Shown in pieces: positions 46,775-58,090 of a stretch of DNA of 64,000 bases (the stretch's first letter is position 1; every line of letters starts with the position of its first letter). Source of the stretch: Naegleria gruberi (Eukaryota); the NCBI GenBank assembly GCA_000004985.1, contig GG738913.1; one strand, written 5' to 3'. Below the pieces are notes generated by a model. The model had not been told where the DNA came from, did no database searches, and saw only the letters and a list, made by a program, of their open reading frames with translations. A program made the translations under genes and the position numbers.

Positions 46775-48160
46775 TTATTGTTCCTTTTTGTTCAAACTAA
46801 AAGGTTGTTGGAATTGGTGCATCATTGGTTGTGGAAATAATTGATAAGGTTGTGCTGGTTGAATTATTTGATGTTGATCTTGTAAAGGTTGTAGTGGATA
46901 TTGTAATAGTGGTTGAAACTGTTGCACACTAGGTTGTGGATATACTTGATAAGGTTGCTGTACTCCAGATTGCACAAATTGTGTTGACATAAATGGAGCT
47001 AGCTGGTTCATTTCAAATGGGTGAATAAGTGTTGGCATATTGAATAGTGTTGGTTGAATAATTGGAGTTTCTTGTTGTGTTGGTTTTGGCTCAAAATCTG
47101 AAGAACCAGCCATTGAAATTGTGCAATCATATTCGTATAGCTCGCTGCAATAGTTATAACCAACATCCAGGCTAACTAACATGATAAAAGATCTTATTGC
47201 ACTCCTATCAAGTCCAATCAAAGACATTATTTGTGCTATCTGCTCGTCACTTCTTTTAACTTTAGGATCTGAGTACTCACGATAAGTTTCAAGTAAGAGG
47301 TCTGAATTTTGCCAATCGAATGAGTTCAGTACCATTTCGTAAGTGACAGACATTTCCACAGAGCTGTCACCATGATTTGGAGACATTTTAGAATAGTCAA
47401 GATGAAATTTCACAAAACCATACTCTCCAAGATTGAGCATTGAAGTCACTTTCACATTTGTTATACTATCCTTTGCAATATAATTGGAATCGTTCTCAAT
47501 ATCTAAAACAAACAGTCTTGGCTCGACAATCTTTTTGATTTTTTCATAATTTGGTTCTGCATATAACTCATAATCTCTAATCCGATATTCAGACCTTACT
47601 AATGGTTCAAAGTTAGCATGTTTCTTCTTTGCACGTTCCAAAACAAACATATTAAACAGAAAAGACTTTTGACATGCCTGAAATTGACCAACAGCGGAAA
47701 ATTCAAAGTTGCATATCTTTTGATAACGTGTTTTCCATTGACCATTAAAATCAACCATAATCCAATCATACCATGCTTTACAAACACATCTCAATATTGT
47801 AAGAATACTCTCCACATCAAACCAAGAAATAATTTCAAAAAACACATCCTTCTGATTCAACAATAATTCAATCTCTATGGGAACAAAATTTCTCTTATCG
47901 TAAACCTTTAGTTTCTTCCACTCAGAAGGAATAGTTTCTTCAGAGGAATCAATTTTCCTTTTTTTAACTCCTTGATGATTGCCACTACCACTCTTATCAT
48001 CATTATCATCTGTTGAAGTAATGACTGACAATGATTTTGGAGCATCAATTTCATAAACTTCGGGACGGACCAAATTTCCTTCTTGCACTACACAATTAAT
48101 TTGCAATCGCTTTCCTGCATGGAAGATGAAGAAAGTTGGGGGGTGATTGTTTGTTGCCAT
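46775..48160 (-). CDS. F-box-like protein with a Q/P-rich C-terminus
   Basis: The F-box-like segment is IELLLNQKDVFFEIISWFDVESILTILRCVCKAWYDWI. The ORF-track start is TTG; the first ATG (MATNNHPP) is at 48158-48160. Confidence 0.5.
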   Translation of the reverse strand: MATNNHPPTFFIFHAGKRLQINCVVQEGNLVRPEVYEIDAPKSLSVITSTDDNDDKSGSGNHQGVKKRKIDSSEETIPSEWKKLKVYDKRNFVPIEIELLLNQKDVFFEIISWFDVESILTILRCVCKAWYDWIMVDFNGQWKTRYQKICNFEFSAVGQFQACQKSFLFNMFVLERAKKKHANFEPLVRSEYRIRDYELYAEPNYEKIKKIVEPRLFVLDIENDSNYIAKDSITNVKVTSMLNLGEYGFVKFHLDYSKMSPNHGDSSVEMSVTYEMVLNSFDWQNSDLLLETYREYSDPKVKRSDEQIAQIMSLIGLDRSAIRSFIMLVSLDVGYNYCSELYEYDCTISMAGSSDFEPKPTQQETPIIQPTLFNMPTLIHPFEMNQLAPFMSTQFVQSGVQQPYQVYPQPSVQQFQPLLQYPLQPLQDQHQIIQPAQPYQLFPQPMMHQFQQPFSLNKKEQ

Positions 48161-48421
48161 TTTTTTTCTGATTTTCAATGGAAATTATTTTGCATATTTT
48201 ACAAAACTTAATTTAGGATGTAAATTGTTTAAGTGTTATATTGATTCACCATAGAATAAACACCAGATCCAAACCTGCACGAATTTTGCATATAATTGTG
48301 TGTTAAAACATTGGAGGGTAAGGAAAATTATTTCCCAAATCTGTAATGCAGATCATGCCATACATTGGAGGAGCATGATTATATTTCCTTAAGCCAACAC
48401 ATCTTCCCTGTTGGGCATGTT

Positions 48422-49708
48422 CTAAAAACTCCTGTTTGGTGGAGGCAATGTAAACATTCTTGGAACAAACACTGCAATATTTAACATTAACTTGAGTGGA
48501 TGGAAGTGCTGAATCATCAAAATTGATAGGACACTTGGATTTTGTAAATATTTTGAATTGTAAAATTGTAAACAAACCTTATAGATCCACTCACAATTCT
48601 CAATGAAAGGAACAGTAACAATGTTATGAGAAACAGGATATAAAGTGTCTTGATTATCTGAATTTTGATTGAGAAAGAGGGGAAGCTTATGAGGTTCGTA
48701 TAGTCTAATGTGGGCTATTCTTCTCCTCAGCGTGTGCATCCAATTTGAAATATTGAGCGCCTTATTGAATCTTGGAAAGAAGAAACAAACAAGTGGCTTC
48801 CAAATGAATTCTTGAACTTGAGAAAATGATTCATTTTCATCTTTTTGATATTCTTGTATCTGTTCCTCTAAAAGTAGCTTATTTGCTAAATCTTTTTTCG
48901 TATAATCAAAGTGAAACGAATATTTCAACATCAACAGAGATCCTGATTTGTATGAAGTTTGATTGAGGAATAATTTCAAAAGTTTGGCATTACATTGTCC
49001 AATATTCAACAAATCCTTAGCAAATAGAAAAGTTCCAATATGAATCAATATATCATAGGGGAGCTCACAGAATAGAGATTCACTACTTTTGTCACATCTT
49101 GGATCATACTCTAAAGAATCTATTTTATCAGTGCTGTCAAGTAGATCATGCCAAATGTTATGACCATTGTTGGTATTATTGGTGGTGATTGGTATTTGTG
49201 CATTTTGATCAAAGGAGAGATTTATCAATGGCATTGAATTATCTGACTTGTCTTCCACTTTTGATTTTTGATTCGATTCTTCTGTTGGTCTATCTTTCAA
49301 TTTATCCACAAGTCTTTGATGATTATCCCGTTTCAACTGTGAAGCAACGTTCAATTGAGAAGATATCAAACAAATCAAATCATCAAGAGCTCTATCTCCA
49401 CTTTCCAATTGATTAACTGAAGCCTTCGGATGATCCAAAACTTTCCTCACCTTTTCAACTTGATCTGGTAATTTATTCTCCAATGATTCGATACTCTGTG
49501 GAAATAATTTCCTAGAATTGTGTGATGATGAAGAATTAATTTTTTGCTTCTTCGGAATTGATTTTTCCTCTGCATTATGATCTACACGATTATTATTACC
49601 ATTAGAATTTGAGCCATTATTATTAATATTGGTCAAATCATGGATTAATGTTTTGAAGGATGAAAATAAAGTGTTGGATTTTTCATGGTTTTGATTGTGT
49701 TTGGACAT
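48422..49708 (-). CDS. Hypothetical F-box-like protein
   Basis: ATG start. LFCELPYDILIHIGTFLFAKDLLNIGQCNAKLLKLF is F-box-like. The N-terminus is Asn/Ser-rich and low-complexity. Confidence 0.45.
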   Translation of the reverse strand: MSKHNQNHEKSNTLFSSFKTLIHDLTNINNNGSNSNGNNNRVDHNAEEKSIPKKQKINSSSSHNSRKLFPQSIESLENKLPDQVEKVRKVLDHPKASVNQLESGDRALDDLICLISSQLNVASQLKRDNHQRLVDKLKDRPTEESNQKSKVEDKSDNSMPLINLSFDQNAQIPITTNNTNNGHNIWHDLLDSTDKIDSLEYDPRCDKSSESLFCELPYDILIHIGTFLFAKDLLNIGQCNAKLLKLFLNQTSYKSGSLLMLKYSFHFDYTKKDLANKLLLEEQIQEYQKDENESFSQVQEFIWKPLVCFFFPRFNKALNISNWMHTLRRRIAHIRLYEPHKLPLFLNQNSDNQDTLYPVSHNIVTVPFIENCEWIYKVCLQFYNSKYLQNPSVLSILMIQHFHPLKLMLNIAVFVPRMFTLPPPNRSF

Positions 49709-50175
49709 TTTTTATGATTTGGATTGTAATGGAAATGACATCAACACACATGCTTTGTGACCTATGTGAGATTTTTCTATTGGTCGAGTAGACATAATCA
49801 TGACATCACAATTGTTTACCATTTATTTAGTCAGTTTCGCGCTAAAAAATACAATGAAATTACTTTCAAAGATAACATTGTAAATTTGGTGTTAGTAAAT
49901 ACTGTTTCCTACCTGTTTCACCTCATATTTTGATTTGGGAAATGCTTTCAAAATAAAGATATATAATTTCTATTATTTGGATCATCTATGAAGATGTATT
50001 GTTTGTGGTAATGTTGGATACATATTTGTACTCTCCATTCTCTATTTCCTTAATAAATTCCAACCTCATTGTGATGATTCATTCGTTGATCGTCCCAATG
50101 TTGATTTGATGATGTTTTGTTGCATTCGGAGCTTCATTTCTCTTTTCTTATTAATTAATTTAATAAATATCCAAT

Positions 50176-50952
50176 TTACCTTTTTTTTCGTAAAATCTTT
50201 TTTCGTGGGATATCTTCATCTTCCTCCTCAATTGCATTGAGGCTCATAATTTCCGAATTTATTGGTGTATTGTTGGATAAAGTTGTTGTTTTTTCACGTG
50301 TTTTTCTCTTCTTTCCGAAACCTTGCTCTCGTTCAAAATCAAGTAAATTATCGATGACTGTTTTATCAATTACCAGTGCATTGACATTAGCATCTGCTTC
50401 CGACTTGGTTTTTTGTTCATTGATTTGAATCATTTGAGAAAGCCTGGACAATAACTGTTCTGCATTCTGAGATATTGCATTGTCTTTCTTAAGCAACCCA
50501 TCATATGTTCTCTTTGCATTAGATATTCTACAGTCAGGCATTAGTTGAAAGTAACTGTTTCTGAGAGGGCAATAGTATTTGCCTTGTTCTGGAAAGAATG
50601 TAACTTTGAATTGAAAGGGAATTGACTTGTTAAAAGTTTCGTTCCAGTGTTTCTCGTGTTTCGTATAACTATTAGCCAGTGTTATATTGGGATCAGTTGC
50701 TGAGCTGTTTGTGATAGATTTGGTTCTTTCTGCTTGTTTTGGCCTTTCAAGAAACATTTCTATTGCAAATTGTTTTCCCGTAGTGTCACAAATGGTTTTA
50801 ATAATGTTTGTTGAGCCAACACATTTTCTCAACAATGCAATGTTTACAATATCCATCCTAATAAAATCTTGCATGAGCTTATCACAGGTTTCGAGTTCGA
50901 ATCCTTGTTCAATCATGAATTGATGCACATCACCTAAACCTTTATAATCCAT
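50176..50952 (-). CDS. Hypothetical protein
   Basis: A 258-aa ORF with an ATG start and a basic C-terminus (KKRKTREK...RKKILRKKR, NLS-like). Confidence 0.4.
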   Translation of the reverse strand: MDYKGLGDVHQFMIEQGFELETCDKLMQDFIRMDIVNIALLRKCVGSTNIIKTICDTTGKQFAIEMFLERPKQAERTKSITNSSATDPNITLANSYTKHEKHWNETFNKSIPFQFKVTFFPEQGKYYCPLRNSYFQLMPDCRISNAKRTYDGLLKKDNAISQNAEQLLSRLSQMIQINEQKTKSEADANVNALVIDKTVIDNLLDFEREQGFGKKRKTREKTTTLSNNTPINSEIMSLNAIEEEDEDIPRKKILRKKR

Positions 50953-51046
50953 TTGTTTTGTTTTTTTTGTTTATTTTCTTCGTAATCCGTAATCCGATTT
51001 TAAATTTTGGGAATTAAAACATTGTTAAACATTTAGTTCAACTTTA

Positions 51047-52861
51047 TTAATTAAATTGGTTATTTTGGAAGAGTGCATTCAACACTTGTGAATTGGAAGG
51101 TGATGTCTTTTGGTACATCATGTTATGAAGTGGTCTGAAGGCAAAATCATATTCTCCATTTTTGAAAGTGAAATAGTCCAAAAACATGAGTCTGCCATTA
51201 ATTTTAAGGAAGAGCTTGGCTCTTATTTGTGGTAATTGACACAGCGAGAGAGGTATAACAGGTACTCTAAATACTAGGAGTTTGGAGGTTACCTCTATAA
51301 CCAAACCATTTTCAATTTGAACATCTTGAGGTTCACAAGCAATGAATAAAACAGAAATCTTATCATTTCTGGAGAAACCCTCAGGATGATTATTGATAAT
51401 TGTACAAATGCCAGCCTCGTTAAACTCACATGATAATGTTGAGCATTCAAATGGAGGAGTATTATACTGTTGCATATTGTACTGTTGGTCGAATTGGTTA
51501 GGGAAGTTAGGTGTGGATGGTGAATAGAGTGAATTTGATTGTGGTGTCGATGAGAAGGATGTTCTCAATCGTGGAGAAGGATTTGGAGAGGTATTGTTGG
51601 AATTGATTACAAACTCAGATGAATACTGATCTGATAAGTAATGTTGGCGAGGGGAACTACTGTTTCCCAATATTCTATCGTTTGAATCGAACAATAAACT
51701 TGTGGTTGATGGATGACTCAACACACTACTAGCAAAATTGCCACTTGTGCAATAACTAGTACTCGAAGAAACACTTGAATTTTTCTGTCCAAAGTTACTT
51801 GACTGATAACTTGATGGAGAGGAAAATTCAGATGGATAATTCTGTAAATAACGTGGGGTATTGACAGTACTTGAACTGTTGTTAAGTTGATTAAACCTTG
51901 GACTAATACTACCAATGGAGGTGGTAGTTGTGGATGGGCTAAGTGGCATGAGAGGAGAACCAATCATGTGCGTCGAGGAGCTATATGCATTGGTGTTCAA
52001 GAATTGGGTTGGGAATGGACTCGATCCATTTGAACCACAACTTTGAGGAGTTTGTGGATTTTGTTGGTTATCAATAATAGTTGAGGTTGAGGTAGATAAT
52101 TCTGTTAATGATTTGGATGCTGCATGAAGAGAGATGAGAGGTTTTGGAGTGGCTGCAGATCGCTTCCTTTGTTGTGGTTGAGAAGCAGATCTGTTTCTGG
52201 TTGGTCCATCGATATGTGTGGAATTCCTTGCCTCATTGGTGTTAACTGTATCAATACCATTTGGACAATCTCTAGAGACAAATTTCGAAACAAAGACACT
52301 AGTAGCAAAGACTACACTAGTCCTCATGCACTTTCTGTGTCCAAAACTAAGTACGATATAACCTAAATTTTCAATCTCGAATAAGAAGGTAATATATTTT
52401 GCAATATTTCTGGAAGTTTTCTTTGAAATCTTACTGACTACCAACTTTAAATTTTGTGAATAGACGAAAGGTTGTGGTGACTTGGCTTCAACTTCAAATA
52501 AGCCTCTTTCTAACAGTATGCAACCTGGATTAGAATCTGAACTGTTTCCAAAGTATTTAGTTGGACATTCACCAAGTTGTGTAAGAATAAATGTCGAGCC
52601 GACTAATCTCATCTTGAGACAATTGCCATACTCATCTCTCACAGTCAAATGCGTATTACTTCTCAAATTGGCACTTCCTCTCATATTCAACACTACATTC
52701 TTCATCTTATCAAACTCATCATAATAACCAACATTAAAATCCAACGAAATATGATCATTGGAAAATTGTGCCGATTGACTCGTCAAGTAGTGATAACTAT
52801 CATGATCCTGCATATAGGATTGATTATTCATCATCATTTCTTCATCATCGTCATCTTCCAT
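51047..52861 (-). CDS. Hypothetical protein with a Ser/Thr/Pro-rich central region between two globular domains
   Basis: A 604-aa ORF with an ATG start. The N-terminal domain of about 200 aa might be a DNA-binding beta-sandwich. The C-terminal domain of about 150 aa might be IPT/TIG-like. Neither can be confirmed by eye. Confidence 0.45.
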   Translation of the reverse strand: MEDDDDEEMMMNNQSYMQDHDSYHYLTSQSAQFSNDHISLDFNVGYYDEFDKMKNVVLNMRGSANLRSNTHLTVRDEYGNCLKMRLVGSTFILTQLGECPTKYFGNSSDSNPGCILLERGLFEVEAKSPQPFVYSQNLKLVVSKISKKTSRNIAKYITFLFEIENLGYIVLSFGHRKCMRTSVVFATSVFVSKFVSRDCPNGIDTVNTNEARNSTHIDGPTRNRSASQPQQRKRSAATPKPLISLHAASKSLTELSTSTSTIIDNQQNPQTPQSCGSNGSSPFPTQFLNTNAYSSSTHMIGSPLMPLSPSTTTTSIGSISPRFNQLNNSSSTVNTPRYLQNYPSEFSSPSSYQSSNFGQKNSSVSSSTSYCTSGNFASSVLSHPSTTSLLFDSNDRILGNSSSPRQHYLSDQYSSEFVINSNNTSPNPSPRLRTSFSSTPQSNSLYSPSTPNFPNQFDQQYNMQQYNTPPFECSTLSCEFNEAGICTIINNHPEGFSRNDKISVLFIACEPQDVQIENGLVIEVTSKLLVFRVPVIPLSLCQLPQIRAKLFLKINGRLMFLDYFTFKNGEYDFAFRPLHNMMYQKTSPSNSQVLNALFQNNQFN

Positions 52862-55431
52862 TCCATTGTGTTGCTTGCTGTTGTTGCGTGGTTCCTGCTA
52901 CATGATAACGTGGTGAGCCTTCAAGTTGCGTCGTCGTTGATGTCGTTGTGCTATTGTTTTGTCCCATGTTTGTTTTTTGGCGCGTGAATTGTAATAACTA
53001 GTTGTTGTTGTGCTGTTGTTGTTGATGGGTGGTGATTGCAGTTATTGTTGTTGTTAGCAAGAGTTATTGTTAGCAGATGATAATTTTGCTTTTTGGAGAT
53101 GGTATGGATTTCTATCTTTTACTACTCTTGATATTACTATATTTTGTTTGTGGTGGTGTTAAATTCACCCAGTTTCGAATAGTTTGAGTAGAAATATTTA
53201 GAATAATTATTGGAAATGATGAAAATTATTGTACTTCGGAGGAGGATGAAGAAGTCAAGATGAGCGTGTTGAGTGTTATTCTTTTTTCTATTGTTGCCAA
53301 TTAATAATTGGTCGATTCAAGAACCAATTAAAGAGTCAACTCTGCGCTCTTTGTTTAACAATATGCTTGCTTGGAAAATAAACCAACACAAGCAAGCTGA
53401 AGGCCAATGGAGAAAGCTAAAGAAAGGTTGTTTATTGGGTGTCACCTGTCCGAGTTAAGGTGCACGTCATGTAAAAAAATCAAAACCGACCCATTTCTGA
53501 ATTTTTAATGGTAAATGGTTGTTGTCAGTAACCAATTATTCGTCTGGAGTAGGTAAACCTTACTCAATAGGAAATCAAAAAGGGAAGAAACTGTTTTTGA
53601 TATCAAAAAATACGAAACAACCAAGGAAAGAAAATCTATTTTCAAACGAAAGCATTGGAAAAGGTGTGAGATTATGAATTTCATGACGTTCCAGTTTTGC
53701 TAGATAATTATTGTGTTGATTTTTAAATCGTAGAAAATTTCACATTTTACAATGAAACTCTAAAATTATTCAACACTTTACAAGATGCTTAGGAAAATTG
53801 GAATAAATTCATGCATGCGATGCAATTCAAATGTGGTTTGTAGTTGTTGGTGGTGGATACATCCAGTGAGGATTGTGTTCAACAACAATTCGATAATAAT
53901 AATCATTGATAATTGTGCTGCTCACTAAACTAATACATTTAGAATGAAGTTCAGAAAATCCATTTTGGCAATATCTTTCGATAAGTGTTGAACCCTTTGA
54001 GTTGGGTGCATTGTTTTGGAAAGTTATATTGTAAAATGTTTTTTGTGTATACGAATCATTTAACATTCGAATATGTAATCATCTACAGTTTTTTGAAAGA
54101 AAGAATTCGAATTATTGGAGAATGCATATACTTGGTTGACGGGAGTGGTTGCCAATTGTAAGTATTTACCATAATGACAATGTTTAGGATATTTTTGAAA
54201 ATAGCAATTGCCGATATTAGAAAGTTAGCTGCCAATTAATGATTGTCTTGTTTCGTCTATATTCAATAATTTTTATGATTTGAGGATTCTGCCAATTTTC
54301 CAGATTCTCTTGTTGTATTAAATTTAAAACTAGTTTACAAAATTATTCTAACTACAATGTGTTACAGAATGCATTCGAAACTGGACTAATTACTGACATT
54401 ATTTTTGAGCTCTTCCAATTTAGCTCTTTTTCCTATCAGTGATGTTTATTCGAAAGAGTCCAATTAGTTGTTTCTTCTAAATATTTACACTTTTCTTCAA
54501 TTCTTCAACAACAATTAAAGTCGAATTCTATATGGTCACGAAGGAAACATTCCATTACAATAACAACCAAGCACTTTACAGTAATTTCAGGCGGATGAGA
54601 GGAGTAATGACCGTCATGGTTTCGGCTTTTGGTTTTCTGGTAGCTGTTGAAATATCCGAAAGTGTCTCTTTATCAAACCAAAGGATACAAAGTGGAAACG
54701 TGTTGCCAGACCTTGTTAATTTTTCTAAAAATCGAAAATGGTCGAATGCTTTCCAATTCTTGCAAAGAAATTGAATTATATTTTGTAAGTGGACTGTTTT
54801 TATCAATATTCAAAATTTTGGTGCAAGAAAGGCCAGAGAATAAAATTTAGTTTGGTTGACTAGGAGTTTCCTTTCTGAAATGATTCTTAAGCTTCACTCA
54901 TCAAATATTAATTTTTCTTTAGCCAACGAGCCATTGATGATTTTCATTTCTTGATTTGTAGATGCACTTGGCATAGGGCTAAATTCTCCCAATTTTAATG
55001 TGCTTGAATAAGTTTCTAATAGAATATTAACTTGAAAGTGGAAGATTTCAATGTGAGTAATGGAGCCTATCAAAAACAGCTTACCAATACTCACAAATAT
55101 CAAATGAGCAGTCTGTCCAATAATTGAGAGGTGGTTGCAGATATTTATTATTGTAAAAGAAATACTACTCTCAATTTTTTGTAAACTATTGAGCAACCAA
55201 TCAAAATATAGGGTACACGTCCATTGAATATTGAATAATCAAGCTTCTTAATGTTCCTGCCACGTAAAACACCGAGTATTACAAAGTGTTTCGTATATTA
55301 ATTGCCCCAGTAAATTACTTTAAATACTGCACCCCAAAGTTATCCTCTCACTTTGAATCACTATTAAAAAAGAATAATCACACAACTATTCTCATAATCA
55401 ACACATTCTTCAAAAGATCTCTCATTTAAAA

Positions 55432-57801
55432 ATGTCCATCAACAAGATTTTCACACACAATTTGGGTTTCCCAAGAATTGGAGCTCGTCGTGAATTGAAA
55501 CAAGCTTTGGAATCCTACTGGTCATGTAAAATTGATTTGAATGCATTGGAATTAGTCGGTACTCAATTGAGAAAGCAACATTGGGAACAACAATTACAAG
55601 CTGGTCAATTGGATTTAATTCCAGTTGGTGATTTTGCTTGGTATGATCAAGTTTTGGAATGGACAACAACTATTGGATGTATTCCAAAACGTCATCAATC
55701 TGATTCTGCTCAAGATCAACCTTTCCACTTGGATACTTTGTTTAGAATGGCACGTGGTAGAGCTCCAACTGGTCAACCAGCAGCTGCTTGTGAAATGACC
55801 AAGTGGTTTGATACTAATTATCACTTCATCACTCCAGAAATCAAATTGAATCAAGAATTTGCTCTTTCTCGTACTTTCCTCTTTGAGCAAGTTAAGGAAG
55901 CTGAACAAGTTTTGGGAATTGATCGTGTCAAGCCAGTTATTATTGGACCATTGACTTGGTTGTACTTGGCAAAGGGTGAGGAATTTGTTGGTTCTCTTGA
56001 TTCTAAGAAATTGACTCTTTTGGAAAAGTTGTTACCAGTTTACAATCAAGTTTTACAACAATTTAGTCAACTTGGTGTTAAATGGACTCAAATTGATGAA
56101 CCTGTTCTCTGTTTGGATTTGAATGATGAATGGAGACAAGCTTTCCAAACTTTCTATCAACAATTGAATCAATCCAAGAAGCTTAACATTTTGATTGCTA
56201 CCTATTTTGGAAATTTGTTGGACAACTTGAAAACTTTGGTCAATTTGCCAGTCGAAGCCATTCACATTGATGCTGTTCGTGCTCCACAACAACTTGCACC
56301 TGTATTGGAATCTCTCAAAAATTCCTCAAAGATTTTGTCAGTTGGCTTAATTGACGGAAGAAACATTTGGAGAAGTGATTTGGATGCTTGCATTGAAACT
56401 ATTCAAAAAGTTATCATTGGAGAATTCAAATTTGATGCTTCTCGTTTGTGGCTTTCTCCTTCCTGTTCCCTTTTACATGTTCCTTTCGATTTGAAATACG
56501 AAACTAAAATCGATGCAGAATTGAAGAGCTGGTTGAGTTTTGCTGTTCAAAAGCTGGAAGAGTTATCTTTGTTGGGTTATGCAGCCCTTCTTAAAGATGG
56601 ATGCGAAGGTTCAATTCCTTCCAATATCTCTTCTCTTCTCGCCACTCAAAGATCTGCAATCGAATCTAGAAGAAACTCTGTTAGAATCCACAATCCACAA
56701 GTCAAGTCCAGAATGAATGAATCCATCTCAACAGACAGATCACATCCATTCGATGATAGAAAGAAGGCTCAACAATCCAAATTCCATCTCCCAAAGCTTT
56801 TCCCAACCACCACCATTGGATCTTTCCCACAAACTCAAGAAATTCGTTCCATTCGTTTGAAATACAAGAATGGAACTGTTTCACGTGAATTATACGAAAA
56901 GTTCATGAAGGAAGAAATTGAGAAAGTTGTTCGTCTTCAAGAGGAAATTGGTTTGGATGTTTTGGTTCACGGAGAACCTGAAAGAAATGACATGGTTGAG
57001 TATTTTGGTGAATTGATGAATGGTTATGCATTCACTGAGAATGGTTGGACTCAATCATTTGGTAGCAGATGTGTTAAGCCACCTGTTATCTTTGGAGATA
57101 TTTCACTTGATAAGCCAATGACAGTTGAATGGTCTTCATATGCTCAATCTTTGACTGATAAGCCAATGAAGGGTATGTTAACTGGTCCAGTTACTATTTT
57201 GAACTGGAGTTTCGTCAGAGATGATCAACCAAGAAGTGAAACTTGTAAGCAATTGGCTTTGGTTTTAAGAGATGAAGTGCTCAACTTGGAAAAGGCAGGA
57301 ATTAAGATTATTCAAATTGATGAACCAGCTGTAAGAGAAGGTTTGCCATTGAGAAAATCTGACTGGAATACCTATTTGAAATGGGCAGTTGACTGCTTCA
57401 AGTTGACAACATCAGGTGTTGAAATTGATACTCAAATTCACACTCACATGTGCTATTCTGAATTCAATGACATTATTGACTCAATTGGTGCAATGGATGC
57501 TGACGTGATTAGTATTGAAACTTCTAGATCTAATATGGAATTATTACAAGCTTTTGAAGATTTCAAATATCCAAATGATATTGGTCCAGGTGTTTATGAT
57601 ATTCACTCTCCAAATGTTCCAAATGTTGAATGGATGGTCAAGTTGATCAAGAATGCTATTGAAAGAATTCCAAAGGAAAATATTTGGATAAATCCTGATT
57701 GTGGTTTGAAGACTCGTGGATATCAAGAAGTTAAGCAAGCTTTAATTGCTATGGTCCAAGCAGCTCAACAATTGAGAACTGAATTTGAAACTTGTCAATA
57801 A
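55432..57801 (+). CDS. metE: Cobalamin-independent methionine synthase (5-methyltetrahydropteroyltriglutamate-homocysteine methyltransferase, MetE)
   Basis: The 789-aa, two-barrel MetE layout. The N-terminus is FPRIGARRELK. The C-terminal Zn and homocysteine-binding region includes IQIDEPA, HMCYSEF and CGLKTR. Confidence 0.9.
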   Translation: MSINKIFTHNLGFPRIGARRELKQALESYWSCKIDLNALELVGTQLRKQHWEQQLQAGQLDLIPVGDFAWYDQVLEWTTTIGCIPKRHQSDSAQDQPFHLDTLFRMARGRAPTGQPAAACEMTKWFDTNYHFITPEIKLNQEFALSRTFLFEQVKEAEQVLGIDRVKPVIIGPLTWLYLAKGEEFVGSLDSKKLTLLEKLLPVYNQVLQQFSQLGVKWTQIDEPVLCLDLNDEWRQAFQTFYQQLNQSKKLNILIATYFGNLLDNLKTLVNLPVEAIHIDAVRAPQQLAPVLESLKNSSKILSVGLIDGRNIWRSDLDACIETIQKVIIGEFKFDASRLWLSPSCSLLHVPFDLKYETKIDAELKSWLSFAVQKLEELSLLGYAALLKDGCEGSIPSNISSLLATQRSAIESRRNSVRIHNPQVKSRMNESISTDRSHPFDDRKKAQQSKFHLPKLFPTTTIGSFPQTQEIRSIRLKYKNGTVSRELYEKFMKEEIEKVVRLQEEIGLDVLVHGEPERNDMVEYFGELMNGYAFTENGWTQSFGSRCVKPPVIFGDISLDKPMTVEWSSYAQSLTDKPMKGMLTGPVTILNWSFVRDDQPRSETCKQLALVLRDEVLNLEKAGIKIIQIDEPAVREGLPLRKSDWNTYLKWAVDCFKLTTSGVEIDTQIHTHMCYSEFNDIIDSIGAMDADVISIETSRSNMELLQAFEDFKYPNDIGPGVYDIHSPNVPNVEWMVKLIKNAIERIPKENIWINPDCGLKTRGYQEVKQALIAMVQAAQQLRTEFETCQ

Positions 57802-58090
57802 ATATTTTCACAGCACTTCTCTTCTTAGTGTATTGCCAGAGTTTTAGATGTTGGAACCTTTCTCCAATGGATCAAATGTTGTTGATGTTATACATCATTA
57901 TCTTTTTTTTGCAACTCACATTTACTCCTTGCTTTCAATTCATTAGAAATTGAGACACAGATCACCAACCATTAACACAACATGTTTTACCTTACCACAG
58001 AGTTGCCAAATTTTATTTCATCATGGCAAAGAAAAGGAATGAAAGGGCTCTTGCTTATTTGAAGAATAAACTATCTGAGTATGTCCCTTT

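Noticed and set aside
48303-48575. 90-aa ORF overlapping the 3' end of the F-box-like gene, with a CxxC…H…C pattern suggesting a small zinc-finger exon
   Set aside because: No GT…AG intron can join it in frame to the upstream ORF. It is most likely a spurious overlapping frame.
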